From Candidatus Omnitrophota bacterium (lineage in GTDB: Bacteria; Omnitrophota; Omnitrophia; Omnitrophales; Aquincolibacteriaceae), in NCBI GenBank assembly GCA_023247035.1, contig JAHFHG010000009.1, positions 1 through 55,066 of the forward strand: DNA of 55,066 nt, given 5' to 3'. The notes beneath the pieces are model-generated. The model had not been told where the DNA came from, made no database searches, and saw only the letters and a program-made list of their open reading frames with translations. Shown here one piece after another: positions 26,234-36,145 of the stretch. The position numbers were made by a program, and so were the translations under genes. Within the stretch, counting starts at the first letter, position 1. Each line of letters starts with the position of its first letter.

Positions 26234-28912
26234 ATGGCAAGCGGTTTTAAGCTTTATCCCTTTGATCAGATCGAGCCTAAGTGGCAGTCCTATTGGAAGG
26301 ATCACAAGACTTTTCGCGCGCCGGATCCTGACGAACCAAGCCATCATCCGCAGAAAAAAAAAGGCCGCGCAATTCCCAAATATTACATCCTCGATATGTT
26401 TCCGTATCCTTCGGGCTCCGGGCTTCACGTCGGCCATCTTGAGGGCTACACCGCCACGGACATTCTCGCGCGCTACAAAAGAATGCGCGGATTCAACGTC
26501 CTTCATCCGATGGGCTGGGACGCCTTCGGCCTTCCAGCCGAACAGCACGCCTTGGAAACGGGAACCCATCCGAAAATTACCACCGAAGGAAATATCCAAA
26601 ATTTCAAACGCCAGATCCAGCGCCTGGGCTTCAGTTACGATTGGCAGCGCGAAGTCAACACCACCGATCCGCACTACTACCGCTGGACGCAGTGGATTTT
26701 TATGAAGCTTTACGAGAAAGGGCTGGCCTACGAAGCTGAAATGCCCGTGAACTGGTGTCCGGAACTGGGAACGGTATTGGCGAATGAAGAAGTGATCAAC
26801 GGCAAAAGCGAGCGCGGCGGGTATCCCGTGATCCGCCGGCCGATGCGCCAGTGGGTCCTTAAGATTACGGCTTATGCCGAGCGGCTTCTCAATGATCTGG
26901 AAGGTCTCGATTGGCCGGAACCGATCAAGGAAATGCAGCGCAACTGGATCGGCAAATCGACAGGGGCGGAGGTCGATTTTTGTCTCGCCGTACCCGGCAC
27001 CGAAAAGCCGTCCTCTCTCTTCCAGGGAAAGGGTGAGGGTGTCATCCGTGTATTTACAACCCGCCCCGACACGCTCTTCGGCGCGACTTATATGGTCCTT
27101 GCCCCGGATCATCCTTTAGTCAAAAAAATTACCGCGCCGGAGCAAAAAAAATCCGTCGAAGAATACGTGGAACGCGCCGCACGGAAATCCGATCTGGAAC
27201 GCACGGATCTTGCCAAGGAAAAGACGGGCGTTTTTACCGGAGCGTTTGCGGTGAATCCCGTGAATCGGAAAAATATCCCGATCTGGATTGCGGATTACGT
27301 CCTGATGAGCTACGGAACCGGCGCGATTATGGCCGTGCCCGCGCACGACGAACGGGATTGGGAATTTGCGAAGAAATTCAATCTGCCCATTGTGGAGGTC
27401 ATTCGATCTCTTGATGTCATTCCCGCGCCGGCCAATAATCGGACAGATCCGTCCTTAGGCGGAAAAGCGGTAATCCAGAAAAATGGATCCCCGATTAAGT
27501 CATTCGGGGACGGCAAAAAAAAGGAAGCCTTCACCGGCGCCGGCATTTGCGTTAACTCCACCACACCGGATAAATCTTTTTCGATGGATGGAATCAAAAG
27601 CGATGAAGCTAAGGGAAAAATTACCGCTTGGCTGGAACAAAAAAAAATCGGTGAAAGATGCGTCAAATACAAACTCCGCGACTGGCTTTTTTCGCGCCAG
27701 CGCTACTGGGGCGAACCGATTCCCGTGATTCACCTGGACGGAAAGACACAGCTTATTTCTGAAAATGATCTTCCGCTTCTTCTTCCCGAGACTTCCAGTT
27801 ACAAGCCGACCGGAACGGGTGAAAGCCCGCTTGCAGGCATCCGGGAATGGGTGAACACGAAGGATCCCAAGACGGGAAAACCTGCGCGGCGCGAGGTCAA
27901 TACCATGCCGCAGTGGGCCGGATCGTGCTGGTATTATTTGCGTTACCTTGATCCGTCCAACGACAAAGCGCCGGCCGGTCAAGAAAAAGAAAAGTATTGG
28001 ATGCCTGTCGATCTCTACGTCGGAGGCGCGGAACACGCTGTCCTGCACCTTCTCTACGCGCGATTCTGGCATAAAGCGCTCTACGATTGCGGAGTCGTAT
28101 CGACTTCGGAACCTTTCCAGAAATTGGTCAATCAGGGAATGATCCTCGGCGAAGACAATCAGAAAATGTCAAAGTCGCGCGGCAATGTCGTCAATCCAGA
28201 TGAAATCGTGGATCGCTACGGGGCCGACAGCGTACGAATGTATGAAATGTTTATGGGACCGCTGGAAATGACAAAACCTTGGTCGACTCAAGGAGTCGAA
28301 GGGATCTACCGTTTTCTCGGCCGCGTCTGGCGGCTGTTCATCAATCAAATAGGATCTTCCCAAGCTTCTGCAAATAATCAGATTGAAGACCGAAAGCCGA
28401 CCCGAGAGGAATTAAAACGCTTACACAAAACCATCAAAAAGGCAACTGAAGATATAGAAGGAATCAGATTAAACACGGCGATTTCTGCACTTATGATTTT
28501 TGTCAACGAAGAATCGCAGCAAAGCAGCCATTGCCTTAATATTCTTAAAACATTTATTTTGTTGCTTGCCCCCTTTGCCCCTCATCTGGCTGAACAATTG
28601 TGGTATCAGATCAAGAATCCCTGCTGGTCGCCGCCTGCGAACGGATGGGAGAGTTTTAAACCGGACGGCAGTCTGGCCTACGAGCCGTGGCCGGAGTATG
28701 ATCCTCAGTATCTTATTGAAGAACAAGTTGAGATGGCGGTTTTGATCGGCGGTAAAGTTCGAGGTAAAATGACCGTTTCTAAGGATATGCCTGAAAGCGC
28801 GGTGCGCGAGCAGGCCTTGAATGATCCGGGAGTGAAGCCGTGGCTTGAGGGAAAACAAATCCGGCAGGTGATTGTGGTTCCGGGGCGGATCGTGAATATT
28901 GTTTTGGAGTAA
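26234..28912 (+). CDS. leuS: Leucine--tRNA ligase
   Basis: [14 protein letters not shown] (HIGH), [20 protein letters not shown] editing domain, KMSKS. Confidence 0.97.
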   Translation: MASGFKLYPFDQIEPKWQSYWKDHKTFRAPDPDEPSHHPQKKKGRAIPKYYILDMFPYPSGSGLHVGHLEGYTATDILARYKRMRGFNVLHPMGWDAFGLPAEQHALETGTHPKITTEGNIQNFKRQIQRLGFSYDWQREVNTTDPHYYRWTQWIFMKLYEKGLAYEAEMPVNWCPELGTVLANEEVINGKSERGGYPVIRRPMRQWVLKITAYAERLLNDLEGLDWPEPIKEMQRNWIGKSTGAEVDFCLAVPGTEKPSSLFQGKGEGVIRVFTTRPDTLFGATYMVLAPDHPLVKKITAPEQKKSVEEYVERAARKSDLERTDLAKEKTGVFTGAFAVNPVNRKNIPIWIADYVLMSYGTGAIMAVPAHDERDWEFAKKFNLPIVEVIRSLDVIPAPANNRTDPSLGGKAVIQKNGSPIKSFGDGKKKEAFTGAGICVNSTTPDKSFSMDGIKSDEAKGKITAWLEQKKIGERCVKYKLRDWLFSRQRYWGEPIPVIHLDGKTQLISENDLPLLLPETSSYKPTGTGESPLAGIREWVNTKDPKTGKPARREVNTMPQWAGSCWYYLRYLDPSNDKAPAGQEKEKYWMPVDLYVGGAEHAVLHLLYARFWHKALYDCGVVSTSEPFQKLVNQGMILGEDNQKMSKSRGNVVNPDEIVDRYGADSVRMYEMFMGPLEMTKPWSTQGVEGIYRFLGRVWRLFINQIGSSQASANNQIEDRKPTREELKRLHKTIKKATEDIEGIRLNTAISALMIFVNEESQQSSHCLNILKTFILLLAPFAPHLAEQLWYQIKNPCWSPPANGWESFKPDGSLAYEPWPEYDPQYLIEEQVEMAVLIGGKVRGKMTVSKDMPESAVREQALNDPGVKPWLEGKQIRQVIVVPGRIVNIVLE
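27011..27041. repeat. Degenerate CCCTCTCCC...GGGAGAGGG-type palindromic repeat inside leuS
   Basis: TCCTCTCTCTTCCAGGGAAAGGGTGAGGGTG encodes extra loop residues [10 protein letters not shown] before [11 protein letters not shown]. Confidence 0.45.
27415..27515. repeat. GTCATTCCCGCG...ATCCAG ('VIPAKAGIQ'-type) palindromic element inside leuS, with a nested 36-bp insert
   Basis: TGTCATTCCCGCG[36 bp]AAAGCGGTAATCCAG-aaaaa-TGGATCCCCGATTAAGTCATTCGGGGACGGCA, read in frame as [33 protein letters not shown]. Confidence 0.75.
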
Positions 28913-29059
28913 ATCCGAAACCTCCGCAGCAATTCGCAGCGGGTCCACCAAGCATTTTGGCGGAAGTTGCCAATCACCGGACTCAAATGGGAAAATAAAT
29001 CAAAAAATCACAGCAATGATCACAAAATTTTTTTCTGGTTTCTGGTTGCTCTAAAAAAC

Positions 29060-31102
29060 ATGCCTAAAGTCCGGATTAAAAACAATGAAGTTTGGGTGGA
29101 CCGAAAACCGATCTCTCTGGTTTCCGGGGAGGTCCATTACTGGCGGCTCAACCCCAATTATTGGGGCCAAGTTTTGGCGCGGGTCCGGGAAATGGGGCTT
29201 AAGACGGTTTCGACCTATATCCCCTGGGATTATCACGAATATGCCAGAGGCCGGTTTGACTTTACCGGGGAGACGGATCAAACGCGCAATCTCAAGGCCT
29301 TTCTGCAGCTTACCCGCCGACAGAAATTTTGGCTCATTATCCGCCCGGGGCCTTATATCTACAGTGAGTGGCCTAATGAAGGAGCGCCGCAATACGCTTA
29401 CCGTTATCACCGGCTTCATCCTCAGTTCCAGAAGTACGCGCTTCATTACCTCACCCAGGTCGCCGGTATTTTGAGGCCTTTTCAGGCGACGCGCCGGGGC
29501 GGGCATATTATTCTTCTTCAAGCCGACAACGAGATCGATCCCTGGCCGGACACCTTCGGGCATCAATACGGATTAAACCAAAAGCCGGGCATGTTTCAGG
29601 AATATATCCGGTCCCTTTATTCCGGCGATTTGAATGAGCTCAATGAAAGATGGGGGACTTCTTATACTTCCTTCGAGCAGGCTAGACCTTTTATCGCGAC
29701 GATGCTTTCCGGGGAGCAGGGCCTGCCGCTCAAAGGCGACAAGGAACTCAAGCGGCATCTGGATTATTTCAAATTTAAATATTTTTATTCCCGCAAATAC
29801 GCGGCCTGGAGCGTTGAGACTTACCGGAAGCTTGGAATCGATATTCCCATTTATCTCAACCTGTATCCGTTCTTTTATGCCCACGACTGGGTCCAGATGC
29901 AGGAAACCTCCGATATGGTCGGGGTGGACCTTTATCCTTCGAGTGAATTTTCCGAAGACTCATTCGAGCACCGCAAGTTTATCGACAAAATTCGCTACCT
30001 GAAGATTGTTTCGAAGGTCCCTTATATTGCAGAATTCGCCGCCGGCGTCTGGCACGCCCGCCACTATGAAACCGGTATACTGACACCCAATCACTACCGG
30101 CTGATTACGCTGAGCGCGCTTCTGGGCGGCACGGCGGGCTGGAATTGGTATATGCTCGTCAACCGGGATAATTGGTATATGTCTCCGATTAACGAGTGGG
30201 GAAGAGTACGGAATGAACTTTATGAAGTGTTTCAAGAGCTTGTCGCGATTTTCAGCAGGATCCACCCGCCTTCTCTTGTGAAAATGAACGAGGTCGGAGT
30301 GACGTTTAATCCTCTTCAATATGCCGCGCGCACCCTGCCTCACAACAGCCCGATCCTCACCGCGCTTTATGATTCCGATATCGACTACGAATTCTGCGAT
30401 CCAAGGCTCGGCGTTCCGAACAAGCGATTTTTATTTTATTCAGGCAATCAGTGGCTCGAGGCCTCTTCTCAGGAGAACCTGCGGCGCTTTGTCGAAGAAG
30501 GCGGGACGCTGATTGCGTTCCGGGATTACCCGCGCAAGGATGAAAATTTCAAGCCGTATTCCATGGTCGGGTTCGAAGATCCCGGAAGCGCCCTTTTTGA
30601 ATTTAAGAAGAAATTCAAAATCCGGCTTGCTCCGGGGCGCCCGGAAATTGAGCTGATCAGTTCGATTTACAATTTCGATCCTGTGCGCGGCAAAAAGATC
30701 ACTGCGGATTTCGGATCCTTCGGCAGGATGACGGTAGGTTATATCAAGGAGATCGGCAAGGGCAGGATTCTCCACCTCGGGTTCGAGCCGACGCGGGAAT
30801 TAATCCTTGAGATCCTGAACTATTTTAAAGTTCCGCTGAATTCGCATTCGGTCACGCGCGACATCAAGACCGCTTTGTTCAGGCGCGGGAAGCGTTTTTA
30901 TTTGATCGCGGTCAATAACGGAGACGAAGACAAAAGCGGAAGCGTTCACCTGCCCGGAATGCAGAAGCTCCGCTCCAAAATGAGGGCCAGGGATCTGATG
31001 ACCGGCAAAGAAGCAATGATCTCGCACGAAAGGCGGCATCCCTTTACCTTTGAGGTCCGCCGTAAAGACGGAAAGATTTTTGAGTTTTCACCCCTCGTTT
31101 AA
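29060..31102 (+). CDS. Beta-galactosidase-like glycoside hydrolase (GH35/GH42-like)
   Basis: SGEVHYWR, TYIPWDYHE, RPGPYIYSEW, QADNE (acid/base), IAEF (nucleophile). Start at ATG 29060. Confidence 0.85.
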   Translation: MPKVRIKNNEVWVDRKPISLVSGEVHYWRLNPNYWGQVLARVREMGLKTVSTYIPWDYHEYARGRFDFTGETDQTRNLKAFLQLTRRQKFWLIIRPGPYIYSEWPNEGAPQYAYRYHRLHPQFQKYALHYLTQVAGILRPFQATRRGGHIILLQADNEIDPWPDTFGHQYGLNQKPGMFQEYIRSLYSGDLNELNERWGTSYTSFEQARPFIATMLSGEQGLPLKGDKELKRHLDYFKFKYFYSRKYAAWSVETYRKLGIDIPIYLNLYPFFYAHDWVQMQETSDMVGVDLYPSSEFSEDSFEHRKFIDKIRYLKIVSKVPYIAEFAAGVWHARHYETGILTPNHYRLITLSALLGGTAGWNWYMLVNRDNWYMSPINEWGRVRNELYEVFQELVAIFSRIHPPSLVKMNEVGVTFNPLQYAARTLPHNSPILTALYDSDIDYEFCDPRLGVPNKRFLFYSGNQWLEASSQENLRRFVEEGGTLIAFRDYPRKDENFKPYSMVGFEDPGSALFEFKKKFKIRLAPGRPEIELISSIYNFDPVRGKKITADFGSFGRMTVGYIKEIGKGRILHLGFEPTRELILEILNYFKVPLNSHSVTRDIKTALFRRGKRFYLIAVNNGDEDKSGSVHLPGMQKLRSKMRARDLMTGKEAMISHERRHPFTFEVRRKDGKIFEFSPLV

Positions 31103-31171
31103 ATTTTTCTTCAGCTTTTTTGAAGTTTGGACGAAGTTTAGGCCGGAGATCGAGAACCTTTCCCTATAAAA

Positions 31172-31981
31172 ATGTACGAATCTTTTTTCGGCTTAAAAGA
31201 ATCTCCTTTCAACGTCACTCCCGATCCGCGTTTCCTCTACTTCAGCCGCAAGCATCAGGAGGCTTTATCCGCGATGATTTACGGCGTCGAGAGCCGGCGC
31301 GGCTTCATCCAAGTCACCGGCGAGATCGGCGCAGGAAAGACGACGCTTTGCCGGACACTCCTTAAAAGGTTTGAGGGAAAAGTCCACAGTTCCCTGATCT
31401 TTAATCCGAGATTTTCCGATTTCGAACTCCTGAGAGGAATTGTTGAAGATTTCGGGATCGAGCCCCGGGGCAAGCATCGAAAAGACTATTATGACGCCCT
31501 GAACCGCTTTCTCATTGAGGAATCTCAAAAAGGGCGCAATGCCATCGTGATTATTGATGAGGCGCAGCTGATGACCCCGCGCTCCCTGGAGCAGGTCCGT
31601 TTGCTTTCGAATCTGGAGACTCCAACCCAGAAACTTTTGCAGATTATCCTGGTGGGGCAGCCCGAGCTTAAAGAGCTCCTGGGCCGGCCGGATCTTGTTC
31701 AGCTCAAGCAGAGGATCACCATCCGTTATCATCTTTCCGAGCTTTCGCAGGATGAAATTGCAAGTTATATCACGCACCGTTTAAAGGTCGCCGGGGCGGA
31801 CGCCAATTTTTTCACCGAAGCCGCTATGAATATGATTTACCATCTTTCTTCGGGAATCCCTAGAATTATCAATGTCCTTGCCGACCGCGCGATGATGGCC
31901 GCGTTCAGCCAAGGGCGCCAAATCATCCAGCCGGAGATTGTGGAAATGGCCGAGGCGGATTTGGAAGGGGTGCGGGTATGA
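31172..31981 (+). CDS. ExeA/GspA-like AAA ATPase
   Basis: MYESFFGLKESPFNVTPDP, GEIGAGKTT, IIDEAQ, LVGQPEL, SGIPRIIN. Confidence 0.9.
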   Translation: MYESFFGLKESPFNVTPDPRFLYFSRKHQEALSAMIYGVESRRGFIQVTGEIGAGKTTLCRTLLKRFEGKVHSSLIFNPRFSDFELLRGIVEDFGIEPRGKHRKDYYDALNRFLIEESQKGRNAIVIIDEAQLMTPRSLEQVRLLSNLETPTQKLLQIILVGQPELKELLGRPDLVQLKQRITIRYHLSELSQDEIASYITHRLKVAGADANFFTEAAMNMIYHLSSGIPRIINVLADRAMMAAFSQGRQIIQPEIVEMAEADLEGVRV

Positions 31982-32490
31982 GCCTTATTCAAGAGGCGCT
32001 TGAACGGGCCGGGCGTTTGCCGGATTATAAATCAGAAGCTCCGGATCCTTCCGGGCTCGCCGCCGTTACCGCGAAAAGCAAAAAAATGCCGGGCCTTCCG
32101 AAGCCGGAGATGAACAAAGAGCGGCTTCGCAAGGTTTCGTTTATTCTGGCCGCTCTCGCTTGCTTAGCGCTCGCTTGCTTAGCGCTCGCCTGCGCAGCAG
32201 GATGGGTTTATTTCGCTCCTTTGCCGAAAGCATTTCCCAAGAAAACGATTCCCAAAGCCGTTTGGGGAGGCGGCCTTTCCCTGGTCGGCTCCCAACCTAT
32301 TTCCGCTCAAAAGCCTCAATTCAAATTGACGGGCATTACTTATTCTTCAAACAAAGAACCGCTGGCCCTGATTAATAATCAGGTCCTGGGCGTGGGAGAG
32401 AGGCTGGATAAGGATACTGTGGTCAAAGAGATCCAGCGCAAAACCGTGACCCTCGAATTTCGCGGCACGGCCGTTACGCTTACGCTTTAG
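31978..32490 (+). CDS. ExeB/GspB-like membrane protein
   Basis: MSLIQEAL N-terminus, single TM, C-terminal LTGITYS...ALINNQVLGVGE...VKEIQRKTVTL; follows the exeA-like gene. Confidence 0.7.
   Translation: MSLIQEALERAGRLPDYKSEAPDPSGLAAVTAKSKKMPGLPKPEMNKERLRKVSFILAALACLALACLALACAAGWVYFAPLPKAFPKKTIPKAVWGGGLSLVGSQPISAQKPQFKLTGITYSSNKEPLALINNQVLGVGERLDKDTVVKEIQRKTVTLEFRGTAVTLTL
32155..32199 (+). repeat. In-frame 15-bp tandem repeat in the TM helix of the ExeB-like gene
   Basis: CTCGCTTGCTTAGCG x2 plus a degenerate third copy (LACLA LACLA LACAA). Confidence 0.75.
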
Positions 32491-32506
32491 TTCCTTCCTC
32501 AATTCT

Positions 32507-33121
32507 ATGACCCAGCTTATTTTAATCCGGCACGGCCACACTTTGTGGACGGAACAAAAAAAATATCAAGGGCATTCCGATACGAAGCTTTCGCAAACAG
32601 GCATTCAAAGGATTAGGGAGCTTGCGAAAGGGTTTCGCAGGGTCAAGGTTGATTTCCTTTATGCCGCCTCTTTAAAAAGGGCGGTTCATTCCGCGCAAAT
32701 CCTTGCCCAAGGAAAATTGAAACTGCATTTGGACAGCCGGATCTGCGAAATGAATTTTGGAAAATGGGAAGGCAGGAGCGCTGAAGAACTGCTCCGCTCG
32801 AAAGACAAAGCTTTTTTAGCGTGGACCCGGAAACAAAACTGGCCGGCCCCTCCGGGAGGGGAGTCCAGGGCCGCCTTTCGCCGGCGGGTCAAAACATTTT
32901 TTATAGAGTGCCTGAGAAAACATCCGGGGAAAACGATCGCAATCGTTTCTCACGGCGGCGCGATCCGGCTCATGATTCTGGAAGCGCTCCAGCTGCCTTT
33001 TAAATTCTTTTTTTCATTCCGCATCGATCCGGCTTCGGTGACGATCGTTTCCGCTCATCTTGAAAAACCGGGCCGGCTGTCGATTTTGAATTCGTCTCGG
33101 TTTTTGGAAAAAATGGAGTAG
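32507..33121 (+). CDS. Histidine phosphatase family protein (CobC alpha-ribazole phosphatase-like)
   Basis: LIRHG, EMNFGKWEG, PGGES, VSHGG; adjacent to the B12 operon. Confidence 0.85.
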   Translation: MTQLILIRHGHTLWTEQKKYQGHSDTKLSQTGIQRIRELAKGFRRVKVDFLYAASLKRAVHSAQILAQGKLKLHLDSRICEMNFGKWEGRSAEELLRSKDKAFLAWTRKQNWPAPPGGESRAAFRRRVKTFFIECLRKHPGKTIAIVSHGGAIRLMILEALQLPFKFFFSFRIDPASVTIVSAHLEKPGRLSILNSSRFLEKME

Positions 33122-33145
33122 GGACGATTCATGAATCCCCCCTGC
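33118..33145 (+). repeat. GTAG-family REP element providing the stop codon of the phosphatase gene
   Basis: GTAGGGACGATTCATGAATCCCCCCTGC: GTAG tetranucleotide plus imperfect palindrome centred on GATTCATGAATC. Confidence 0.65.
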
Positions 33146-33206
33146 CGATCCCCAAGAATTTTTTTGGGGATTTCCTCTTAAGACAAAAATTTCAACACAA
33201 AACCGC

Positions 33207-33234
33207 TTTACTTTGAAAGTTCAGTTTGTATAAT
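33207..33234 (+). promoter_or_regulatory. Putative promoter of the B12 operon
   Basis: TTTACT-16 bp-TATAAT upstream of the riboswitch. Confidence 0.5.
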
Positions 33235-33303
33235 ACCTCCCACTTTAAACTGTTCTTTGAATTTGTGAGGAATATCTCTCACAGAATCGTAATTCAATCG
33301 CCA

Positions 33304-33499
33304 TCAGGCGCGTGCGCATTCAAAAGTGCGCTGCTTAATTAGGGAAGAGAGATTCGTAAGCCGCGGAATTTTGCGGGACGGATGCTCCACGGTGCCGCCG
33401 CTGTAGGCAAGAACGAAAACGAATAGACCACTGTTCCGCGAGGAATGGGAAGGTTCGTGAGTAGGATTAAGTTCGCTTGCCAGTCAGAAGACCTGCCTT
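33304..33499 (+). ncRNA. Cobalamin (AdoCbl) riboswitch
   Basis: AGGGAA (33341), GCCGCCGCTGTA (33394), CCACTG (33428), GGGAAGG (33447), B12 box AGTCAGAAGACCTGCC (33482-33497); upstream of btuB. Confidence 0.92.
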
Positions 33500-33548
33500 T
33501 TGGATTGTTCTTCGAGCAAAGAGAGCCTAATCTGGGTGTCGTCACTTT

Positions 33549-33595
33549 CCCCTTCATTTGTCCTTTTTCTCGGAGACAACGAAAGGGGTTTTTTT
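33549..33595 (+). terminator. Riboswitch expression platform: terminator / RBS-sequestering hairpin
   Basis: CCCCTTCATTTGTC...GACAACGAAAGGGG followed by T7, directly before ATG 33596. Confidence 0.7.
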
Positions 33596-35527
33596 ATGTC
33601 CGGGAACGAGCAATTCCTAAAAAAAAGTCTGTTTTGCGCTGCCTTCAGTGTTTCCTTTTTTTTCTTTCTAACCCATTCGTTTGCTGCGAGCGTTTTTGCT
33701 GCGAGCATTGATCGGGAAGATCAAGCGGCGCCCGATTCCAGGGCAAAGGCCGCGCCTCCTGTGACCACGGTAGTCTCCGCCAACCGCCGTCCCGTTCCCA
33801 TTGAAAAAGTCTCGCGCGCCGTGACGGTCATTACACGGGAAGAAATCGAAAGAAGCGGTAAGGTTTTTCTTCTCGATCTTTTACGCGGCGTTCCCGGCGT
33901 TACAGTGGTTCAGCTTGGAACTTTTGGGAGGGAAGCAAATGTTCTTATGCGGGGAATGAATAAGGAATCTACACTCGTGATGCTGGACGGAGTTCAGATC
34001 AATGATTCGAATCGGGCGCTGGCCGCTTTGCAGCACATGAGCGCTGCGGATATCGAGCGGATTGAAATTATTCGGGGCACGCAAAGCGTTCTTTACGGCG
34101 CCGATGCCGTCGGCGGAATGATTCATATCATCACCAAAGCGGACCGGAAAAAGGGCCTTCATGGCGGCGTAAAATTCCAGTACGGGACTTACGAGACTTT
34201 TTATGAAGAAGGAAATTTTTCCGCAGCAACGGAAAAATTATCACTTTCCGGCGCTGTCGGCCGGCTTGACACCGATGGGCTTTCCGAAAACGATGGGTAT
34301 GAAAACACAACCGCCCGCGGTCACGCGAAACTACAAGTTACGGAAAATTCAGATCTTGATGTTGCCTTTCATCATTTCAATTCTATTGTAGGCATTGAAC
34401 GGGGCATTAGCGGAGGCGTTTTTTTCGTTGACCCAAACGATAATAGCAGGGCGAACCAGCAAGTCTTAAATACGCGTTACACTTTATCCCCCACTGACTG
34501 GTGGGAGCAGTATGTTCAATATTCGCTCTTTCATGACGCTGGGTTAACCGTGACTCCCCGCGATCCGGGGCAGGCGCCTGGAGCTGACCGGAGCGCCCTT
34601 TTTAAGATCAATTCCAACCGGCATACGTTTGAATACCAATCCGATTTTTACATTCGGGATTTTGACGTGCTTACTGTAGGATACGAATTTGAGCATTCAA
34701 GCGTTGAGAGCAAGAGCAGCAGCAAATATGATCAATTGACGCGCAATCACGGATGGTTTGCGCAAAATGAACTGACGCTTTGGAAAATTTGGACTCTCGT
34801 CGCCGGGATCAGGCTGGACGATCACGAACTCTACGGCCTTGAGGCGTCGCCCCTTTTTTCGAGCGGCTTGTGGATCGAAAAAACCATGACGAAGCTCAAG
34901 GGGAGTTTTGGGCGGGGCTTCCGGTCCCCTACGTTTAATCAGCTTTTCTTCCCTAATTTCGGAGTACCGACCCTCCTGCCTGAGACAAGTTGGAATTGGG
35001 ACGGCGGCTTTGAGCAATTTTATTGGGATAAAAAAGGCAGTTTTTCGGCCATGTATTTTGATAATAGAAATAAAAATTTGATTTTAAATCTCACTAGAGC
35101 TACGAATATCGGGCGCGCCCGAAGCCAAGGAATCGAACTCGAGCACCGGATCAGAATTTGGAAAAATCTGCAGTTCAACACAAATTACACTTACACTCAT
35201 TCCATTGACAGGGATACGCAGAAGCGCCTGGCGAGAGTGCCGCGGCATCAGGGTAAGTTCGGTTTGACCTACGATTATCGGCGTTTTCATTTTTCCGGAG
35301 ATTGGGTCTGGGTTGGGCGGCGTGACGATTTGCTTTCGAGCGGCGGGTCGAGGCATATAAAATTGGATGAATATATGCGGCTCGACCTGGCCTTATTTTA
35401 TGACCTGACCGAATTTGTCCAGATCTACAGCCGGATCGAAAATGCAACCAACGACAAGTATTTTGAAGCCGTTGGTTTTGACATGCCGCACGCAGGCTTT
35501 TTCGTAGGAATAAAGGCGAAGCTTTAA
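33596..35527 (+). CDS. btuB: TonB-dependent vitamin B12 receptor
   Basis: Signal peptide, VVSANR TonB box, plug domain (IERIEIIRGTQSVLYGADAVGG), beta-barrel; downstream of the B12 riboswitch. Confidence 0.88.
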   Translation: MSGNEQFLKKSLFCAAFSVSFFFFLTHSFAASVFAASIDREDQAAPDSRAKAAPPVTTVVSANRRPVPIEKVSRAVTVITREEIERSGKVFLLDLLRGVPGVTVVQLGTFGREANVLMRGMNKESTLVMLDGVQINDSNRALAALQHMSAADIERIEIIRGTQSVLYGADAVGGMIHIITKADRKKGLHGGVKFQYGTYETFYEEGNFSAATEKLSLSGAVGRLDTDGLSENDGYENTTARGHAKLQVTENSDLDVAFHHFNSIVGIERGISGGVFFVDPNDNSRANQQVLNTRYTLSPTDWWEQYVQYSLFHDAGLTVTPRDPGQAPGADRSALFKINSNRHTFEYQSDFYIRDFDVLTVGYEFEHSSVESKSSSKYDQLTRNHGWFAQNELTLWKIWTLVAGIRLDDHELYGLEASPLFSSGLWIEKTMTKLKGSFGRGFRSPTFNQLFFPNFGVPTLLPETSWNWDGGFEQFYWDKKGSFSAMYFDNRNKNLILNLTRATNIGRARSQGIELEHRIRIWKNLQFNTNYTYTHSIDRDTQKRLARVPRHQGKFGLTYDYRRFHFSGDWVWVGRRDDLLSSGGSRHIKLDEYMRLDLALFYDLTEFVQIYSRIENATNDKYFEAVGFDMPHAGFFVGIKAKL

Positions 35528-35632
35528 ACATGCCGGCGCGGGTTAATTTTTTGTTTTTAAAGAGCCAAGATTCGAGTATATTGAATGTTCAAATGTCCAG
35601 ACTGAAATTTTCATCACGAAAAGGAGAGAACA

Positions 35633-36130
35633 ATGCATTACTTTTTTTTGCCGCTCGTTCCACTGACGTTAGCAGGCGCCCTGTTTTTTAAAAGGCGGTT
35701 TGCCGCTTACGGGTTTCCCGTGATCCTGACTTTGATCAAACTGGCGTTTACAAAGCCTGCGCTGATCTATTTGTTTACCGCACTTGCCTTGGGTATTTTT
35801 GTGTCTCTCGTGCGCGGAACGCGCAAACAATCCGGGATCCCAATATTTTCCGTCCTTTTTTATGCGGCGCTCGGAGTTTTTATTTACGAGCTTGTCGGCA
35901 ATTTTGGCTTTTGGCTGCTCGGCAGCTGCGTCCCGGCCGAGGAGCGTTACTATCCTTTAAGCCTTGCCGGACTTGCCGCGTGTTACCAAGGCGCGATGAA
36001 ATACACCGGGCTTCATTTTATGAAAGCCGTTCCTTCCAGCCTGCTTCTCATTCCCGCGCTTGCGTGGATCGGGCGCTGGGATATCGCTGTTTCACTGCGC
36101 AGGCTGATTTCAGGCGCGTTTTCGAAATAA
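35633..36130 (+). CDS. Small polytopic membrane protein, putative BtuM/DUF6580-like solitary S-component for cobalamin
   Basis: About five TM helices; NFGFWL...YPLSLAGLAACY pattern; position between btuB and cobO. Confidence 0.6.
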   Translation: MHYFFLPLVPLTLAGALFFKRRFAAYGFPVILTLIKLAFTKPALIYLFTALALGIFVSLVRGTRKQSGIPIFSVLFYAALGVFIYELVGNFGFWLLGSCVPAEERYYPLSLAGLAACYQGAMKYTGLHFMKAVPSSLLLIPALAWIGRWDIAVSLRRLISGAFSK

Positions 36131-36145
36131 CCTAATCCTTAAATT

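Noticed and set aside
32507-33121. Firm cobC assignment
   Set aside because: It is a generic histidine phosphatase upstream of the riboswitch promoter; only proximity supports cobC, so no symbol was given.
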